Shown piece by piece: positions 24,004 to 38,373 of a stretch of DNA of 64,000 nt. Below the pieces are notes generated by a model. The model ran no database searches. It was not told the DNA's origin and saw only the letters and a list, made by a program, of their open reading frames with translations. The stretch is from Raja brachyura. Taxonomy: Eukaryota. The translations under genes and the position numbers were made by a program. The stretch is taken from contig OY740811.1 in assembly GCA_963514005.1 (NCBI GenBank), positions 12,152,001 to 12,216,000 of the forward strand. Direction: 5' to 3'. The stretch's first letter is position 1; each line of letters opens with the position of its first letter.

Positions 24004-27000
24004 GGTTACGTGTTTTTGATTGACCTAACCCCCTGTTGGATCAACAAGATGGCCTTCAGAGATCGTTAAAGATAGATTGTATGTTTGTATTTTCAGTATA
24101 CATTAAACAAATTATATGGTGAAGTGATAACGATGAGAGAAATTCCATATTTGAGAGGTAACAATATATAGAATTTTGATTGTTCCCTGTCTTGCTTTTT
24201 CTTTCATGAGGGCGTTTGAGGCCTGGCAACAGTGTTATTTTGTCCGAGCAACTGATTCTATCTAAGAGGCTTTTTCAGCAAGTATGAAAAGCATCATCAC
24301 TAAGCCAATGGTACTGTCAGTTGAGATGTACATGCAGGCATCATAGCTATGGTCAGTGAGTAGGGATCATGCACAGGAGCCCTTGTTGTTCATCACCGAA
24401 CACATCCATCACATTTTTTATCTGAACTGCTGTGCGTTCTATGGAGGCACATATGGAATCTTGAGTAAAACTCAAAGTGCTGGAGGAACTCAGCACATTC
24501 GGCAGCATTTGTGGAGACTGAATTGAATATTTTGTCATAAATCTGGATTGACCTGTGATCGAACAGAATTGAAAATGTTGTTAGAAATCTGACAAAATTG
24601 TGTTTCATGATGGGTCGGGTCCCATCTTCAAAGTGGACGTTTCAGGTTGGGACTCTACTTCAGACACACTTTCTGTGGTGATGGATAAAACCAGCTATCT
24701 TTCTGTGTTCAGCGAATCAAACCTCATATTTTCAGAACTGCATTGTGTCAGATATAACACATTTTTAGACTGATCTAATTAGGAAATTAGAGCACAGGTT
24801 TAGCTCCTTTGGCCTACAACATCCATGTGGACCAGCATATGCCTTGGAGAATCATGTACTTGCTTAGATTCTTCCAGACATATGAAAGTTACTACCCCTT
24901 CGATCCACTCGTGCACTAACCAATGTTTTAAAAAATTGTGTCATTATCTCCCCGCTTTCATCCAGTGGCTTGGCATATGAAGACAAGTATCATTTACCCT
25001 TATTGACTATTGCTCTCTGTGATTTGCTGCACCTCCAATGCCTGAGATTAAGATAGTTGTCTACATGAAATGTACCTAATTTGAGGTTGTTGGCAGTCTT
25101 AAAGAAAATGAACAACATTATTTTTCTTGGATATACGAACATTTTTAATCAATAATTTTCTCGTAAGCTTTCTCGTGACATGTATATTTTTTCTTTCAAT
25201 TTTTAAAAGATCCATCATGTGTTGCTTGTTTTTCTACTTGTAAATTGAATCACGAATGTGGTTTTTGATAATGGTAATTATTTTACCCTTTTTACTTGAC
25301 ACTAGCATTATTCTTCTGTTCAGTGTTTTCGTAGGTGAAGACTTGAATTTAGATTGTGTCCTCAGATGGGAGTATGCAAATGTTTAATTTTAGATGTGTT
25401 TAATTGATAGATAATGAGACAGTGAAATAGGTATTTTTGTCAGCACGTTTTGTTTTTAAACATGCAGGATTTATTTATTTTAAATCATTGAAATCGGGTC
25501 ATTCATGTATTTTTTTTACAGACAAAAAATCATATTGTCCATAAAATAAATTTGCTGTTGCTTTATTATAAATCTTAAATAGATGTAATCTACATCTGTT
25601 TAGATCTTTCCCAAGAATAGAGGCAGCATTACTATGCCTCCAACAGGCACTTACCATTTCATTTAGTTTTATCTTATGGAAGGTTGTAGCATTGTTTTAT
25701 TTTTATATAATAAAATATTAATCTGCATTCTGCCTGCAGAGTATAATTTCTATCTCTGTTACCGTACTGTGAGCTTCCTCCCAGCTGTGCACAGAGAACA
25801 TAAATGTTAAAGGGCAGAACACTTGTGCCAAGTTGTTTTAATATTTTATTTGTGGTGTGTTGAAATCCAAGGCTAAGTGAGTGTAACTTGTCTTGAACCA
25901 AGTTTCATGTCAACACAGTTTAATCCAGATTTATAACAAAACATTCAATTCTGTTCTGGTAAAATACGCGTAAATATATAAATAGTACAAAGTTACAATT
26001 ATGATGTAAAATGGACAGTTGGTTTGAATAATAATCATGCATTATGATATTTCTATGCAGTACATGTTTTAAGTAACTGGTATTAGGTTAACACTGTATG
26101 AATTTTTGATTATTTTCAGTACAATATTATTGTTGGCTACCAATGATCCTATGGTGCTGGTATGATTCGGTTACTCAATTGGATTGTACAATTTAAATGA
26201 GTTTATCTGGCAGTACCAGATGTCTCCGCGATTACTGTACTTGGAGTTAACTCTCCCGCTTCTGTGGGAAAGGTTCATGGATTTGAATACTATTTCATAA
26301 ATGAACATATTATAAATGAACACCTCAGGGTGTTAGTATGATGCTACTGTATTGTTAAGTGGTCACTTTTTTGGCTGAACAATTAGGCTGTAACTTCATG
26401 TGTTTGATTCGGATGGTCATCAGTGACCAAAGATTTTAACCCAATAGCACTGTTGCTATGTGACAAAAGGGTAATCTCTTCTCTTAAAGCATTTTGCACA
26501 AGGCAGGACTGTGGTGGAATATTCGGTATACGAGTGAGACTGTAATGGCAGAGACTTAATATTATGTCATATGCTATAGTTGGCACGGTGGCTGAATTAG
26601 GCTCTGGATTCATTGTTCACAAATACCACCAGCTCATGAGGGGTGTAGATAAGGTGGGTGGTTCAGTCCTTTCCCCAGGGTAGGGGATTGAAACTAGAAG
26701 GCATTGATTTGTGAGGGGGAAGATTTGAATGAGGCCGGACTGACTGGCAGTTGTTTCCATGCTGCATAACATCAATGATGATGACTAGCAGTATATTTTG
26801 TTTGCACTGTGATCTGTTTGTAGGATACTTTGCCTTGCATGCTACAACTAAACAGTGCCTCCCTGCAAAAAAACAATAAATGGTTAGGAATCTCATCAGG
26901 CCCCACTAAGCTGCACATGGTTAGTGTGTACTGATACTGTCACAATCCTTGGTTTCTCAAAGTTTTGTGAGTGATGTCCACGAGGATTGCAGACATTTAT

Positions 27001-28278
27001 GGTCACCCACTAGAGCCTTCTCAGCAAAATTAGAGGTGAGCAATAAAAGCAACGTTGCCAGCTTTGATAACATTCCAAGAGAAAACTAAAATAAATTACA
27101 GAATTTGGTGGGTAATATTTGAGGCATAGTATTCTGGCCAACATTTACCCTGCAGATTATTACACCAAAACAAAGTATCTGGTCCGAATTATAGGACTGC
27201 ATTCTATATGTAAGTTAGTTCAATAATATTTTGTATGCAGCGTTTTGAGATGTGATGGTTGCAATTTGGTTACATTTGTAGACTGTGGAAGTATTTATAA
27301 CCAACAGACGTAAATGTATATTGTGCTTGTTATTTTCTACTTTTTGAAATAGCCTCTCCAAATGTAACTGTCCTTATTGGCGATCGATCCTGTGTTTCAC
27401 AATCTAGTTGATATGTCAGGGAATATGAGGGTTCACGTCCATAAGTTTATATGAAGATATCTATTGACATCTTGTAAGCATATTTTTAATTATCTGTGAT
27501 AGTTTGATTTAAGTGCACTGAGTAAATTAGAGTGCATGATATAAGAAAAGGAAAATCTGAATGTTGGTTAGTGGCTGGACTTCTGCTTTATAAATGTGCA
27601 TTGACGTGCACAGCAATTGAACTCCATTGGCAAATGTTTGTTCTTTTGGATGTTTAATGGCAAACACATGCTGATTTTGTGAAGTTCTGAAGACAGAAAA
27701 ACCCCAGCTCATAATCTTGTTTAAGGTCAAACTTGTATGATAGTTTAATTGCCTATTGTCTATCAAATGTAACAGTTTGTGCAGCAGGAAATTTATGCTT
27801 TTTTTGGAGGGAAGGGGAAAATCAGCTTGAATTGATACGTCGAAAGGAAACATTTGGCAGACACATTTCCTTTGGCTTTCTGTGTTGGTAAGAGTTAATT
27901 TAATGATGCTAAAATCACAAAGAATACATTTTATAGAATGTTTTCTTTGTCTTTTAAAAGTAATTGCATAACTTAGGTTAGATTCTTTTGTTTTAAAGAG
28001 GTCAAGATACGAGACGGGGAGACTCCACTTTGTCTCAGCTGCAGTTTCCTTGAAACTATTTCAAATGCTGTATCCGACTGGGCAGTTATGTATATTGTTC
28101 ATCAAGACCATCAAAAATGCATTAGCAATAATTGTAATTGTTTCCTAATTCGTTGAAGAATTCTGCAGGGTTCTTCAAGTGTTTGATGTGGTTTTGTGAA
28201 ATTTAGGAAGGCGTCAAGGTGTGAAAGATTGCCATTGATGGAAGGCTTTCCACATATCCATTGAATATTAAAAATCTG

Positions 28279-28373
28279 TGGGGAGGAACTGAAGAAGGGT
28301 CTTGACCCAAAATGTCACCTATTCCTTTTCTCCAGTGACCCACTGAGTTACTCCAGCCTTTTTGTGTCTGTCT
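28279..28373 (+). mobile_element. Penelope-like terminal fragment with CpG-decayed hammerhead
   Basis: ctgaagaagggtcttgacccaaaatgtcacc. 18-bp TSD ttgaatatt(a/t)aaaatctg (28261-28278 / 28374-28391). Confidence 0.8.
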
Positions 28374-29494
28374 TTGAATATTTAAAATCTGATGGTTTAC
28401 AAGTGATAATAAGAAATTATTGTAACTAAGAATTTAATTGTTCCATTTCGGTACATGCCAATTAAAAACACTGGACTCGCTCTTTTGACTGATCTTTTTA
28501 AAATGACTTTTGAATATTAAAAAAATAATTCACAGAAACGATAGTTATTAACATTTTCTGTAATTTATAAACTTTCCTTTAGTATGTCTACTTTCATGCT
28601 GCTTGGGTTCATCTGGATCATGCTTGTCTCGTCTTTATTGCTTTATTGAAACTTGGACATATGAGCTTGCTGTTCCTATCAAATGAATTTGTTGGATATC
28701 AGCGGCCATCTCTTCGACGTCTACCCTAATCCCGAGCTGTGGTAGTCGATCATCCATATGATCATCACTTCTCATTTCCTTACAATGCCCAACTGAGTGA
28801 GGCATCACTCTTCCTGTGTTCATTCAAAGCTTGTTGATTTCCTTGAATCTTTTTTTTATCAGTTTCAGCAGACTTCAGCGGGTTTTACAGACTGAGTTAA
28901 AATAGATCATAACTGTCTGATTTAAACAGTCACTAAACTAGTTACACTATTCTTGCTTATCTTTCATTCTCTGGAGCCACCCCACATAGCACAATGCCCA
29001 CTGTTACACCAAAACAGTTCAAACAAAAGATGTTTTGATTCAAGAAAAGTAAAGTTTTATTGTTTCAGTTATAGAGACTGTTAAGTGCCTAGGATATTCA
29101 GTTGAGGCTGTCAGCTCCCCTGGCTACATGCTTAGGCCTGTAGAATGCAGAGTGCTTTGCTTGTAACTGCACCCGTTGTCTCCTTTCATTATCTGTTAAT
29201 GGTGCTCAACATGACAGGGCTGTGTGATAAATGGAAGCTGCAGTGAAACCCGGAGCTGGATTCTTTGTGTCTGAAAGTGGTGTTTGTGCTTGCTCTGGAG
29301 CACGCCACAGAAAAGTGTAGTCACTTTTAACAAGATATACTTCAAAGTGCATTTTAAATAATATGCTCAGAATCATTACATTGCAGCTTATTTAATAGAA
29401 AATTACAGTATGCTTTTTTCAAAGCCTGAAATGACTTTCTAATAAACTGTCTGTTATTGGTCCCTACAGACACAAAACTATAATAAAGGAAGGG

Positions 29495-29885
29495 ACTTGC
29501 ATTTAGCTCCTATCACAACCTTGGGGTGACCTACAGCCTTCACAGACAATTTTGAAATGTGGTCACCATTGTGTTGTAAAGAATGCAGAAGCCAAAGCCT
29601 TGTCTCAGAAGTGAGGTGTTGGATCAAATGTTCATTGACGATAGATATTGGCACCTATGGATCGGACACCAGAATTCTATTCTCTTGGTATTTTAAGATG
29701 GGATCTTTCACATCCACGTCATAAGGTGGATTATTATTAAAAAGATCCTAAGAATGCCACACTCCCTCGGTGTACTGCACTGTAGTGATGGCTTGGACTT
29801 TGCATGCGTCTCAACTGAGGTTTGAATGAACTCATGACCCGAAAGTGTTAAGATAAAGAGTGCCACCTTTCGGCCAAAGGCTGAC
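29495..29885 (-). mobile_element. Ancient Deu-domain SINE (SacSINE1/AmnSINE1-like) remnant
   Basis: Minus strand cagtgcagtacaccgagggagtgtggca resembles the Deu domain. An L2-type tail (ttgcatt...cacaacc...tttgaaatgtggtcacc) lies at the left end. Confidence 0.55.
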
Positions 29886-32800
29886 ACGTGATACTTATGA
29901 ATGAATTTTGGCACATTTTACACTTGCATTAAGCCATTTTGGATTGTGGTGAGCAGACAAATGCTAACTCATTGTTGAATGGAATGTTTTAACTTGGTTC
30001 AGTATTTTAGAAGCTTCAGGTGAAAATAGCCAATGTGCAATTTATTTTAATGATGCAAGCTTTTATTTCTCTTTCAAGGCGGCTCAGAAAAGCAGAAGAC
30101 GGCAGTGTTGTTGATACTTAGTGTACTGAGCATTAAATAATTGGAAAAACATGTCCCATTTGAAATATAAATGTTGTACACCAGTAGTGATTGAGACTAG
30201 TTGAGTATAATTAAATGCAGGTGTTAGATCAGGTATGGTGGACATTTATTTGTTGTAATGTTGATACGTTGTCATTTTGTATGGTTCAAATATATTATGC
30301 ATTCCACTCATAAAAATACATTGCAACATTGTCCATTCAAGAAAGCATTTTAAAATGGACCATTTGTCTTTTTTGTTATTAAAATTCTTCCATTAAATAA
30401 GTTGCATTGTTTTATAGAATACTAATGAGTAATTTGAATTCAACTTTGGAATGTGGAATCATTTAAAAAAACGACTTTGTCACATTGAAAGGAAAGGGTT
30501 AACAGTGTATTTAAATATTTTTTTTTATTTTCTTGGCTGTTGTGGTACCCTCCTTACAGCCAGCTACCTGAGAACATCTCAAATCAGGTTTTTAAAATAT
30601 AATGATTCAAACAATGGGAAACAAAGTTAATTAATGCTAATGTAGTCAAGTGGTTCTGTTTACTGATCTGGTGAAAGGTTATTTGAAAAACCCAACACAA
30701 ACTATTTTGGAACATTTCATCTTAACCTCTCTGGTGAGCATCAATCATAGTACTCAAGAATGAATGACTGCTTTCTTATTACAAGTCATAGCGTTCATTG
30801 CATCTTTTTTTTCCCCCATGTACTTCCATTGTTGATTAGAGAAATTGTCTTTGATTAATTTGCAGTTGAAAATGGCATGTCTGCTTCTGTGGTTTTGTGA
30901 GTTTGGGATTGATTTCAACTGTGACAGGTGTGGAGCACTTACAAAGCCACTTGGTTATGGAGCTTATTTTCAAGCGGTGTTTTTCCCATGAGGCGCCTCT
31001 TATTGAGTAGCTAATGTACAGTGTGTCTTCGCAGTAAGCCAGAGCAACGTGGTGTTCAATTTTTATTGATCTGTCATGCTTTCAGGGTGAGACGGTCATA
31101 ACTGTTGATAAGCCATCTTGATTAAAATTATTTCGTGTTTTAAATTATGCTCATAAAGCCTGTGTTTTTGAGACTATTTTGATTAGCTTGTATTTAAACA
31201 TATCCTTATTCAGCCTTAAATAGGCTGAAACGTAGCCTACGTCTGCTGCTTTGAATTGTCAAGAGACATTTGACAATTTCCCCCCCCCCCCCCCTCGATC
31301 TGTGTACATTCATCTGAGCAGTGCATTAATATTCCACACAATAGCTATAGATCTGAGATGCAGATGACTCCGGGGATATTGTCTCTAATATCTTGCTTGC
31401 TGATGCATTTCTGGCTGACCATGCCATTAAGAACAGTCATCAATCACAATCTAGTTCTTCCTGTGCTTGACTCCAGTCCTGGTTTTTCCTGGTACTTGTT
31501 GTTGGAGGTTTGTTCTCCTTCACTGGTGTCTGGATAAAGAAGACTACGTCAGGCATGTGGAGTGTCTGCAGCACAGCTGAGCATGGAGTGTGAAAGAAAC
31601 CACAATCTGCACTGACTCCGGTAACCATTCAGCTCTGATTTCCTTCGCTGTATATGTACAACGGTGTGCTCTTTTTAACTTGCCAGCTCTGTCCTGGCCA
31701 AGCTTGATTGAGAAGCAAAGCAGCAGGCCTCTTTGTTATCAAGTGCCTTCTCTCCATGGGCTGTGGCTGTTAACGGATACAGCAGCGCTGACATTGTTTA
31801 GCCTGGTTGTTGGATTAGGCCCAGGCCATGAAGAAGGTCCGCTGGGGTCAGCTGAACAGCTGCTAGAATTGCGGTAAAGTTGTTGCTGTCACCTCAAGGA
31901 ATTTTGAAGATTAACAGATTGTACTGACTAGGTTGAGGGGAAGAGCTGGCATGGAAAAAAATGAAAGCTGCAACAAAAACCATTTCCTCTCGGTTATCTC
32001 TTTTATCACTATTTTTCTCATGTTGCTGAACTTGTGTGGGAGTGTCTGGAAGTGGAATGTCTTTTATGTTTTTGTCTGGTAACTGTGCAAAGTATGTGAT
32101 TAGTTTTTTATCATGTATTTACACAATACCGTAAAGCCAGCAAGCACAGGTCGTGAAAATAGGACCTGCTTGACCTGTTTACGCATAAGGTTTGTTTTGT
32201 GGGGGAAATCAAAAAGCTTTATTGCCTTTGTCTCATTGCCATCTCCATGCTACTGTGTGCACATGTGTCTCCGATCACTGTGGAGCACAGCGTGCCTCGT
32301 CAGCCACCCCCAGCAGTATTAATTATACACAAAGAGAAAATTATCAAGAAAATAGGAGACTGTTTTGTGTACACACAAAAAAAAACACTTCTCGGGAACT
32401 GTTGATAGAAAAGCTTCCGAAACACAGAGTCCTTGAGTGATTGTTATACTTTGGCAATCGGCGCTTGGCAGACAGCTCCAGGAATGTCATTCGATCTGAC
32501 TGCATGATAGAATTGGCTAGGATTACATTAGTGTTTTCTATGGCTGTTGAAAGTGATGCATCAGCGAGTGGTCTTCAGTAACACATTTTAACTATTTGGT
32601 CTGTTTGTTTTAGTTGCTTTATGCATTAGGGTGTTTGCTTGAGTTTGTAGTATTTTTCGGTTTTGTCTCCAAGTGCTTCTGAGATTAAAGCAAGCAGGTT
32701 GTTAACATACAGCTCACAGTTTCCTCTTTTTGAGACATTGACGAGAATAAAATATCACAAGAAAACAATATCAAGCTCTTAATTACAGATGCAAAATGAC

Positions 32801-33306
32801 TTTTTGTCTTGTGTTGCCTGAACTTACTGTAAAACAACCTGCATTGTTTATGTTTTTTCCCCTGCTCGGTTTTGATGTGTTGGATTATGTGATGTTTACA
32901 CCAGATTTGCTGTAATGCACAGGATACAAGTATCAGAAAGATTGTGTAAATGTGACTCAAACTGATTTATAAGGCTGATGCCTAAAAACAGCATATTACT
33001 TGGACCTATTCTTACCTTCAACGTTGTTTTAAACTTTTTAATTAATTGTACTATTTGTGTGAAAACAAATTGTGAATTCTGAATTCAGTACACCAATATG
33101 TTCTATACTTTTCGGAAAAAGAGCACTCGGTCAACAAGCAAAATTTAAAATTGCCTGTGCCCGTGTATTTTTTCAAAATTAACGGATCCACACTGTACTT
33201 GTAATTTTTGGCATATTCTTTTTTAAAAAGCTGAGGAAAAACCATGCAATAACTTGGGTTTCAACCACATGTTGCAAGTTTATCTAAGGAAGTTATTCAA
33301 TGTTAA

Positions 33307-33405
33307 GTGAAAAATAAACTGCTGGAGCAATTTAGCAGGTCAGGCAGCATCTGTGGAGGGAAATAGATAGATGATGTTTTAGGTCAGGACCCTTCTTCAA
33401 CACTG
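33307..33405 (-). mobile_element. Penelope-like terminal fragment
   Basis: tgctggagcaatttagcaggtcaggcagcatc...ggtcaggacccttcttca, flanked by the direct repeat ttcaatgttaa. Confidence 0.7.
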
Positions 33406-34199
33406 TTCAATGTTAATCTTAATTTGTATCAGAATTCCATCGAGGAGGTGTGATTGATACCACAACGCAACAGCTTTAAAATGTGAGACCTTAAAAGCAG
33501 CTAAGGCTCCACGAATAAGACGTTCACAGAAGGAATACCCTGGACAAATGGCAAGCAACTCTTTTTCCGATTAAGTTTTAAATAAAGTAATTTGTGGACA
33601 GTTCCATCTATGCATTCACTTTCTGATTTGGGGTCACGTAATGGTGTTGGTTAATACAAAAATATAGATTTTTGTGATGGCATTCATAAGCCATTTTATT
33701 TTTGGTTTCTCAAACGTTAAACTTATTGCAAGTTTATAAGTTAATTCAAATAACTTAGTCTAACTTATGTGCACCATTTTAATGCATTAATTCCTATGGC
33801 CTATACCAATTTTAAATTTAGTTGGTTTTTCGACCTAAGACATTAACTCTGTTTCTCTTTACACGCATGCAGCCTGACCTGTTGATATCTCCAGCATTTT
33901 CTGTTTTTGCTTTCCATTAAACTGAGCCAAATAGAAATGATTTGTCTTCTAATGTCCACGACTTTCTTCCAGCACAGTTGCCCAAAATGCCACCTGTCCT
34001 GGATCATATTCATGGGGCATCAAGCCTGAAGTAAATTAAGCACATTAGGTTGAATTGGCAGAAAATGCATCGAAGTGCTGATGGTTTTGCATAACTGTGA
34101 AATTAATCCAGGTTTCAAGTAATGTAAAACTGAGCTGTGAATTTGAGCTACAGATCAAGTGTGTTGTATTTTCAGTAGATTTCAAAGCAACCTAAATTT

Positions 34200-34410
34200 T
34201 GGAAATAAAGTAGAAAATGTTGGGAACACTCAGCAATTCAACAGTGGAGTGAGAAATGCCGTTAATGTTTTTGGGCTTGTCAGAATTGAACATTTTCTGA
34301 TGAAACTCTTCCAGTTCTGATGAAAAGACATCGACCTGAAAATCTTTGTTTTTCTCCAGGTACAGTTTGACATGCTGCGTGTTTTCAGCATTTTCTGTTT
34401 TTATTTCGGA
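34200..34410. mobile_element. Old fold-back Penelope-like pair (CUGAUGA variant)
   Basis: gaaataaagtagaaaatgttgg... versus ...cagcattttctgtttttatttc. Central ctgatgaaaagacatcgacctgaaa. Confidence 0.55.
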
Positions 34411-35107
34411 TCAATAGTTTTTTTTGTCTTAAATTCCTGGAGCTTTACTTAAATCTATTCCATTGAACCTTTTACCATGTTTTCCACTGAACTAAGCTGT
34501 GAGTAACGTGCACTGATATTTAGCATATTTTTTATTAAAGTGAATTTCCTGATTTGTGGTGCTGAATGAGCCCAGGGTAGCATTAATTCGTGGTGTCACT
34601 AGTGTCAATATGCACACTTCTGCTTGTAGTTCTGTTAAAGCCTTTAATGTGAATCTCAACACTTCAAACATTCTCCTTCAAATTGTATCTCTAAGCCTTT
34701 GAACCCAAAGAAATCTGCTTTGAAAGTACACGTTTAGTGTTTTTTTAAAAAGACTTTTCTCTATGTAATTATGAAAAACCATTAAATCATTATTCTCAAA
34801 ACTCTTAAACAAGGAATACCCAGACCATAGGAATTGTGCAGTGTTTTAATATTCAACACCTGCAACTGAATTATTTTAAAATATATACAGATTTAAGTAC
34901 ACATTAGAAAAAGTATTTGGAACCTTGGATAAAGCCTTATTTTATTTTCAAGTTTATTTTTCCATTTGGTTTAGATTGTACTTTGACACTGCTAAAATGA
35001 ATTTTGGTGCGACTTCAATTATGACATTTAAGCTGTAGTAAGATAAAATTAACCAAGTGCAGTAGTGACATTTGAACACATGGTTGTTGAAGGATGAAAC
35101 TTTTTTT

Positions 35108-35485
35108 AAGGTAGAGAAAATGCTGGAGTAACTCAGCGGGACAGGCAGCATCTCTGGAGAGAAGGAATGGGTGACATGTCACAGGAGTGGGCGGGACAGA
35201 GATAGAATGTAGTTGGACACAGTAAGACTGGTGGGAGAACTGGGAAAGGGGAGGGGAGGGAGAGAGAGGGAAAGCAAAGGCTGTTTGAAGTTAGAGATGT
35301 CAATGTTCATACTGCTGGGCTGCAAGCTACCAAGCAAAATATGAGGTGCTGTACCTCCAATTTGCACTGGGCCTCACTCTGACAATGGAGGAGGCCCAGG
35401 ACAGAAAGGTCAGATAGGGAGTGGGAGGGGGAGTTAAAGTGCTGAGTAACCGGGCGATCAGGCGGACTGAGGGGAGGTGTTCACT
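35108..35485 (-). mobile_element. Penelope-like fragment with frameshifted GIY-YIG C-terminus; hammerhead segment deleted
   Basis: Minus-strand translation patches VTQHFNSPSHSLSDLSVLGLLHCQSEAQCKLEVQHLIF and LGSLQPSSMNIDISNF parallel 21000-21165. Confidence 0.85.
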
Positions 35486-36461
35486 GTGTTTGGTTATAAC
35501 AACACTTGATTCCAACATATGGCAGCTAGTGGAACTTCATTGATTCAAAAGATGTGTGAAATATGTTTTGTAAAAGCTGGTGTATAATTTTTTTTTTTTT
35601 TTTAATGGACTTGGATACTGCTTTGTTTCAAGGATATGTGATTAGGATATATGGTCATTGGATGGATGACTTGCCATCTATTTTGAGAATTGAAGCTATT
35701 CAACGGCAAATTTCAAACAAAGAATGACTTTTGTAAAACATAGCTACGTTACTTTTCCTTGTATACGATGCCATAATTTTGATTAAGTTCACAAACTTTA
35801 AGGCAGTCACATATTGTGAACATTATCATATTTAAATGCATTTTGTGAATGCTACTGATTCGAACAACAGTCTTGATTGCTATAATCTTATCATGGAATA
35901 TGAAGAGTGTTTCTGATAATTTGAAGCTCTTTGAAACACTGCTGGTGGAGGGTCTTTGAAGTGGCCACTGTCTCATGTAGGATGTGCAGCATTCAGTGGA
36001 CAGCAAACGGATAATATCCCGACAATTAATTCGGAGATATCAGTGTTATTCAGGACACTAGAATTAACAACCCTGCACATCTTTGTACAGAATATTTTAT
36101 ATTAATTGAGAAACCAGACAGGGTGTATTGGTTCAGTATATATCTTTAAATCTGCCTGTACCAGACAGTAAAAAGTAGGTTGTGTCAAGTCTTTGGCTTG
36201 GGATTTGATCCCACACGGTTCTGACTTGCATGTACCGCCCACAGGTGCATTTCATCAGCTGCAGATAATATTAAACTTAGTTTAAAATAAAAATAACAAA
36301 TTAATGTAATATATTAAAATTGCTTAATATTTCATGATGAATATGTGTTATATACGGAGGTTGTCTTTAAAGAATACAAGCATGAAATTGATAAACTCTT
36401 TGGAAATAATTTAAACAACTGTGCTAGATCACTTCAAAGGTTGACTTCAAAATAAGATGGT

Positions 36462-36721
36462 CTTTAGAGATACAGCGCGGAAACAGGTCCGTGCCGTCCA
36501 GCAACCGCCCTGTACACTACCACTGTTCTTCATGCTAGGTACAATTTATAGTTTTACTATAAATCAAGTAACCTATAAACCTGTACAATTTTGGAGTGTG
36601 GGAGACCACCCGGAGAAAACCCATGCGATCACAGGGAGAATGTACAGACTGCACCCGCAGTCAGGATTGAACTCGGGTCTCTGGTGCTGTAAGGCAGCAC
36701 TCTTATCACTGTGTCACTGTG
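36462..36721 (-). mobile_element. V-domain tRNA SINE
   Basis: Antisense B box caggattgaactcgggtctctgg, cacccggagaaaacccatgcgatcacagggagaatgtaca, and tail tttagagatacagcgcggaaacagg. Confidence 0.75.
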
Positions 36722-37504
36722 TCGTGCAAGTGTTGTTCAAAAATGTGCACTATCAACAAAGGTAGTTAGAGAGTAATTCTGGTTTGATTCTGCACAGCTA
36801 CATTTCACCAATTAGGCTAAAATTATGGATGTATTTTGTTGGTGGCACCCAGTTTGGAACTGCAACACATTTTGTGAAACAACCATTGATTTAATATTGG
36901 TCTTTCATTTTGACTCTAATGTGCAAGCTGGAACACCTGTTGGGACTTTGTTAGTCACTGCAGCATTTCAATTGAACTATTAAATCTGTGTTCTAGATTT
37001 TAACTAAATAGCTACATTGGGACTTAGCCAAAGTCTAAGCACATCTGTTCTATAGAAAATGCTTCTTCAATAGCTCCTTATTGCCACTGGTTATTTCACC
37101 TACGCATGGAAAAAAAAGGTTTTGAAATACGCTTTCAATTTACTGATGGCCATTGATACTTCTTGATTTCTCATGAGGTACATGGTTTGTACTGATGACT
37201 GAAATGGTTTTAACAATCTGTGATTTTAGCAAATTGGACATTTGGGTTAAAGTAGGATTTTGTAATTCATTTAAACATAATTTTGGACATTACAGATAAA
37301 CTTGCATTGCCAAAAAGGGAAAACGTGCTTAAAGTACAGCTCACATAGGTATTCATATCACAAAGCCAGTGGTATGCAGTTTATCATGGTTTGAAGAGAG
37401 ATTTCATGAGATTATGATTCACGGAGGGCTACTTGTTCAAATTTGGATGTACTATCAAAGAAAAAAAACATGGCAATTAAAAAATAAATAAAAATAAAAA
37501 TAAA

Positions 37505-38373
37505 GCTGGGATCCCATTGTGATGTTCTTGTGACGTCAAACTCGTCATGGTCAGGGCAAGTGGGAAAAGTGATTTTTGTAACGTTTAAAATGTGAATAAC
37601 TTGTAAAATATACCTTCAATCTGAACAAAATTTGTTTCATTTACATCACAGGAAAATAGTGAGTAAGGTGGGCCTAAAATTGTAGCACTATCGTGTACCG
37701 TTGTGGAGGGATTTTGGTCGGACGCACTAACTCACAGGCTCTCTCTAATGTATATTTATGAGTGGGACCAGTTGGGTCCCTGTTACACAGGAGGTCTGGT
37801 CCCCCAACACAACTCATTCCGCCAACGCAATATTCAACCACTCGCCCATGGCCCCCATCGGAGGCCTGGTCCCCCAGCGCAGTCCGTTCCCAAACTCAAT
37901 ATTACACCACTCATCCATAGCCCCCAACTGTGCAGGAGCAGCTCATTTTCCCTTATGCACCCTCCCTCTTTTTAAACTTTAAAAAAAAAATCCATTTGCA
38001 CTTGCTGCCAGGTAAAAAAAATCCAATTGCAGTTGCTGCCAGGACTCGGTGTCCTGGGATTTGCAACATTGTAACGGGCAGGGCCAGCAATTAGATTCAG
38101 TTTTTTTACAGTGAGATGTTAAGTGAAAAGTTAAATGTGTAAAGTTTTAAATGTGAAAAACTTGTAAATATATAACATAAATCTGAACGAAACTTGATAC
38201 CACACACCACAGGACAATGGTGAGTAAGGTGGTCCAAAAATTGTAGCGCTATCCTGTACTGTTTTGGCATAATTCAGGGCATCGGGGCATGAGTCACAGA
38301 CAGACACACAGGCAGACTCACAAACAAACAAGATGAGAGTTTTAGTAAATATATATAATATATAGTAGATAGA
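37505..38373 (-). mobile_element. Two head-to-tail non-autonomous Helitron-like fragments
   Basis: Minus-strand 5' end A|TCTATCTACTATATATT at 38373. Subterminal hairpin gggaccca-ac-tggtccc at ~37764-37780. A ~130-bp block is duplicated (37580-37705 vs 38140-38265). The terminal CTRR is not seen. Confidence 0.55.
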
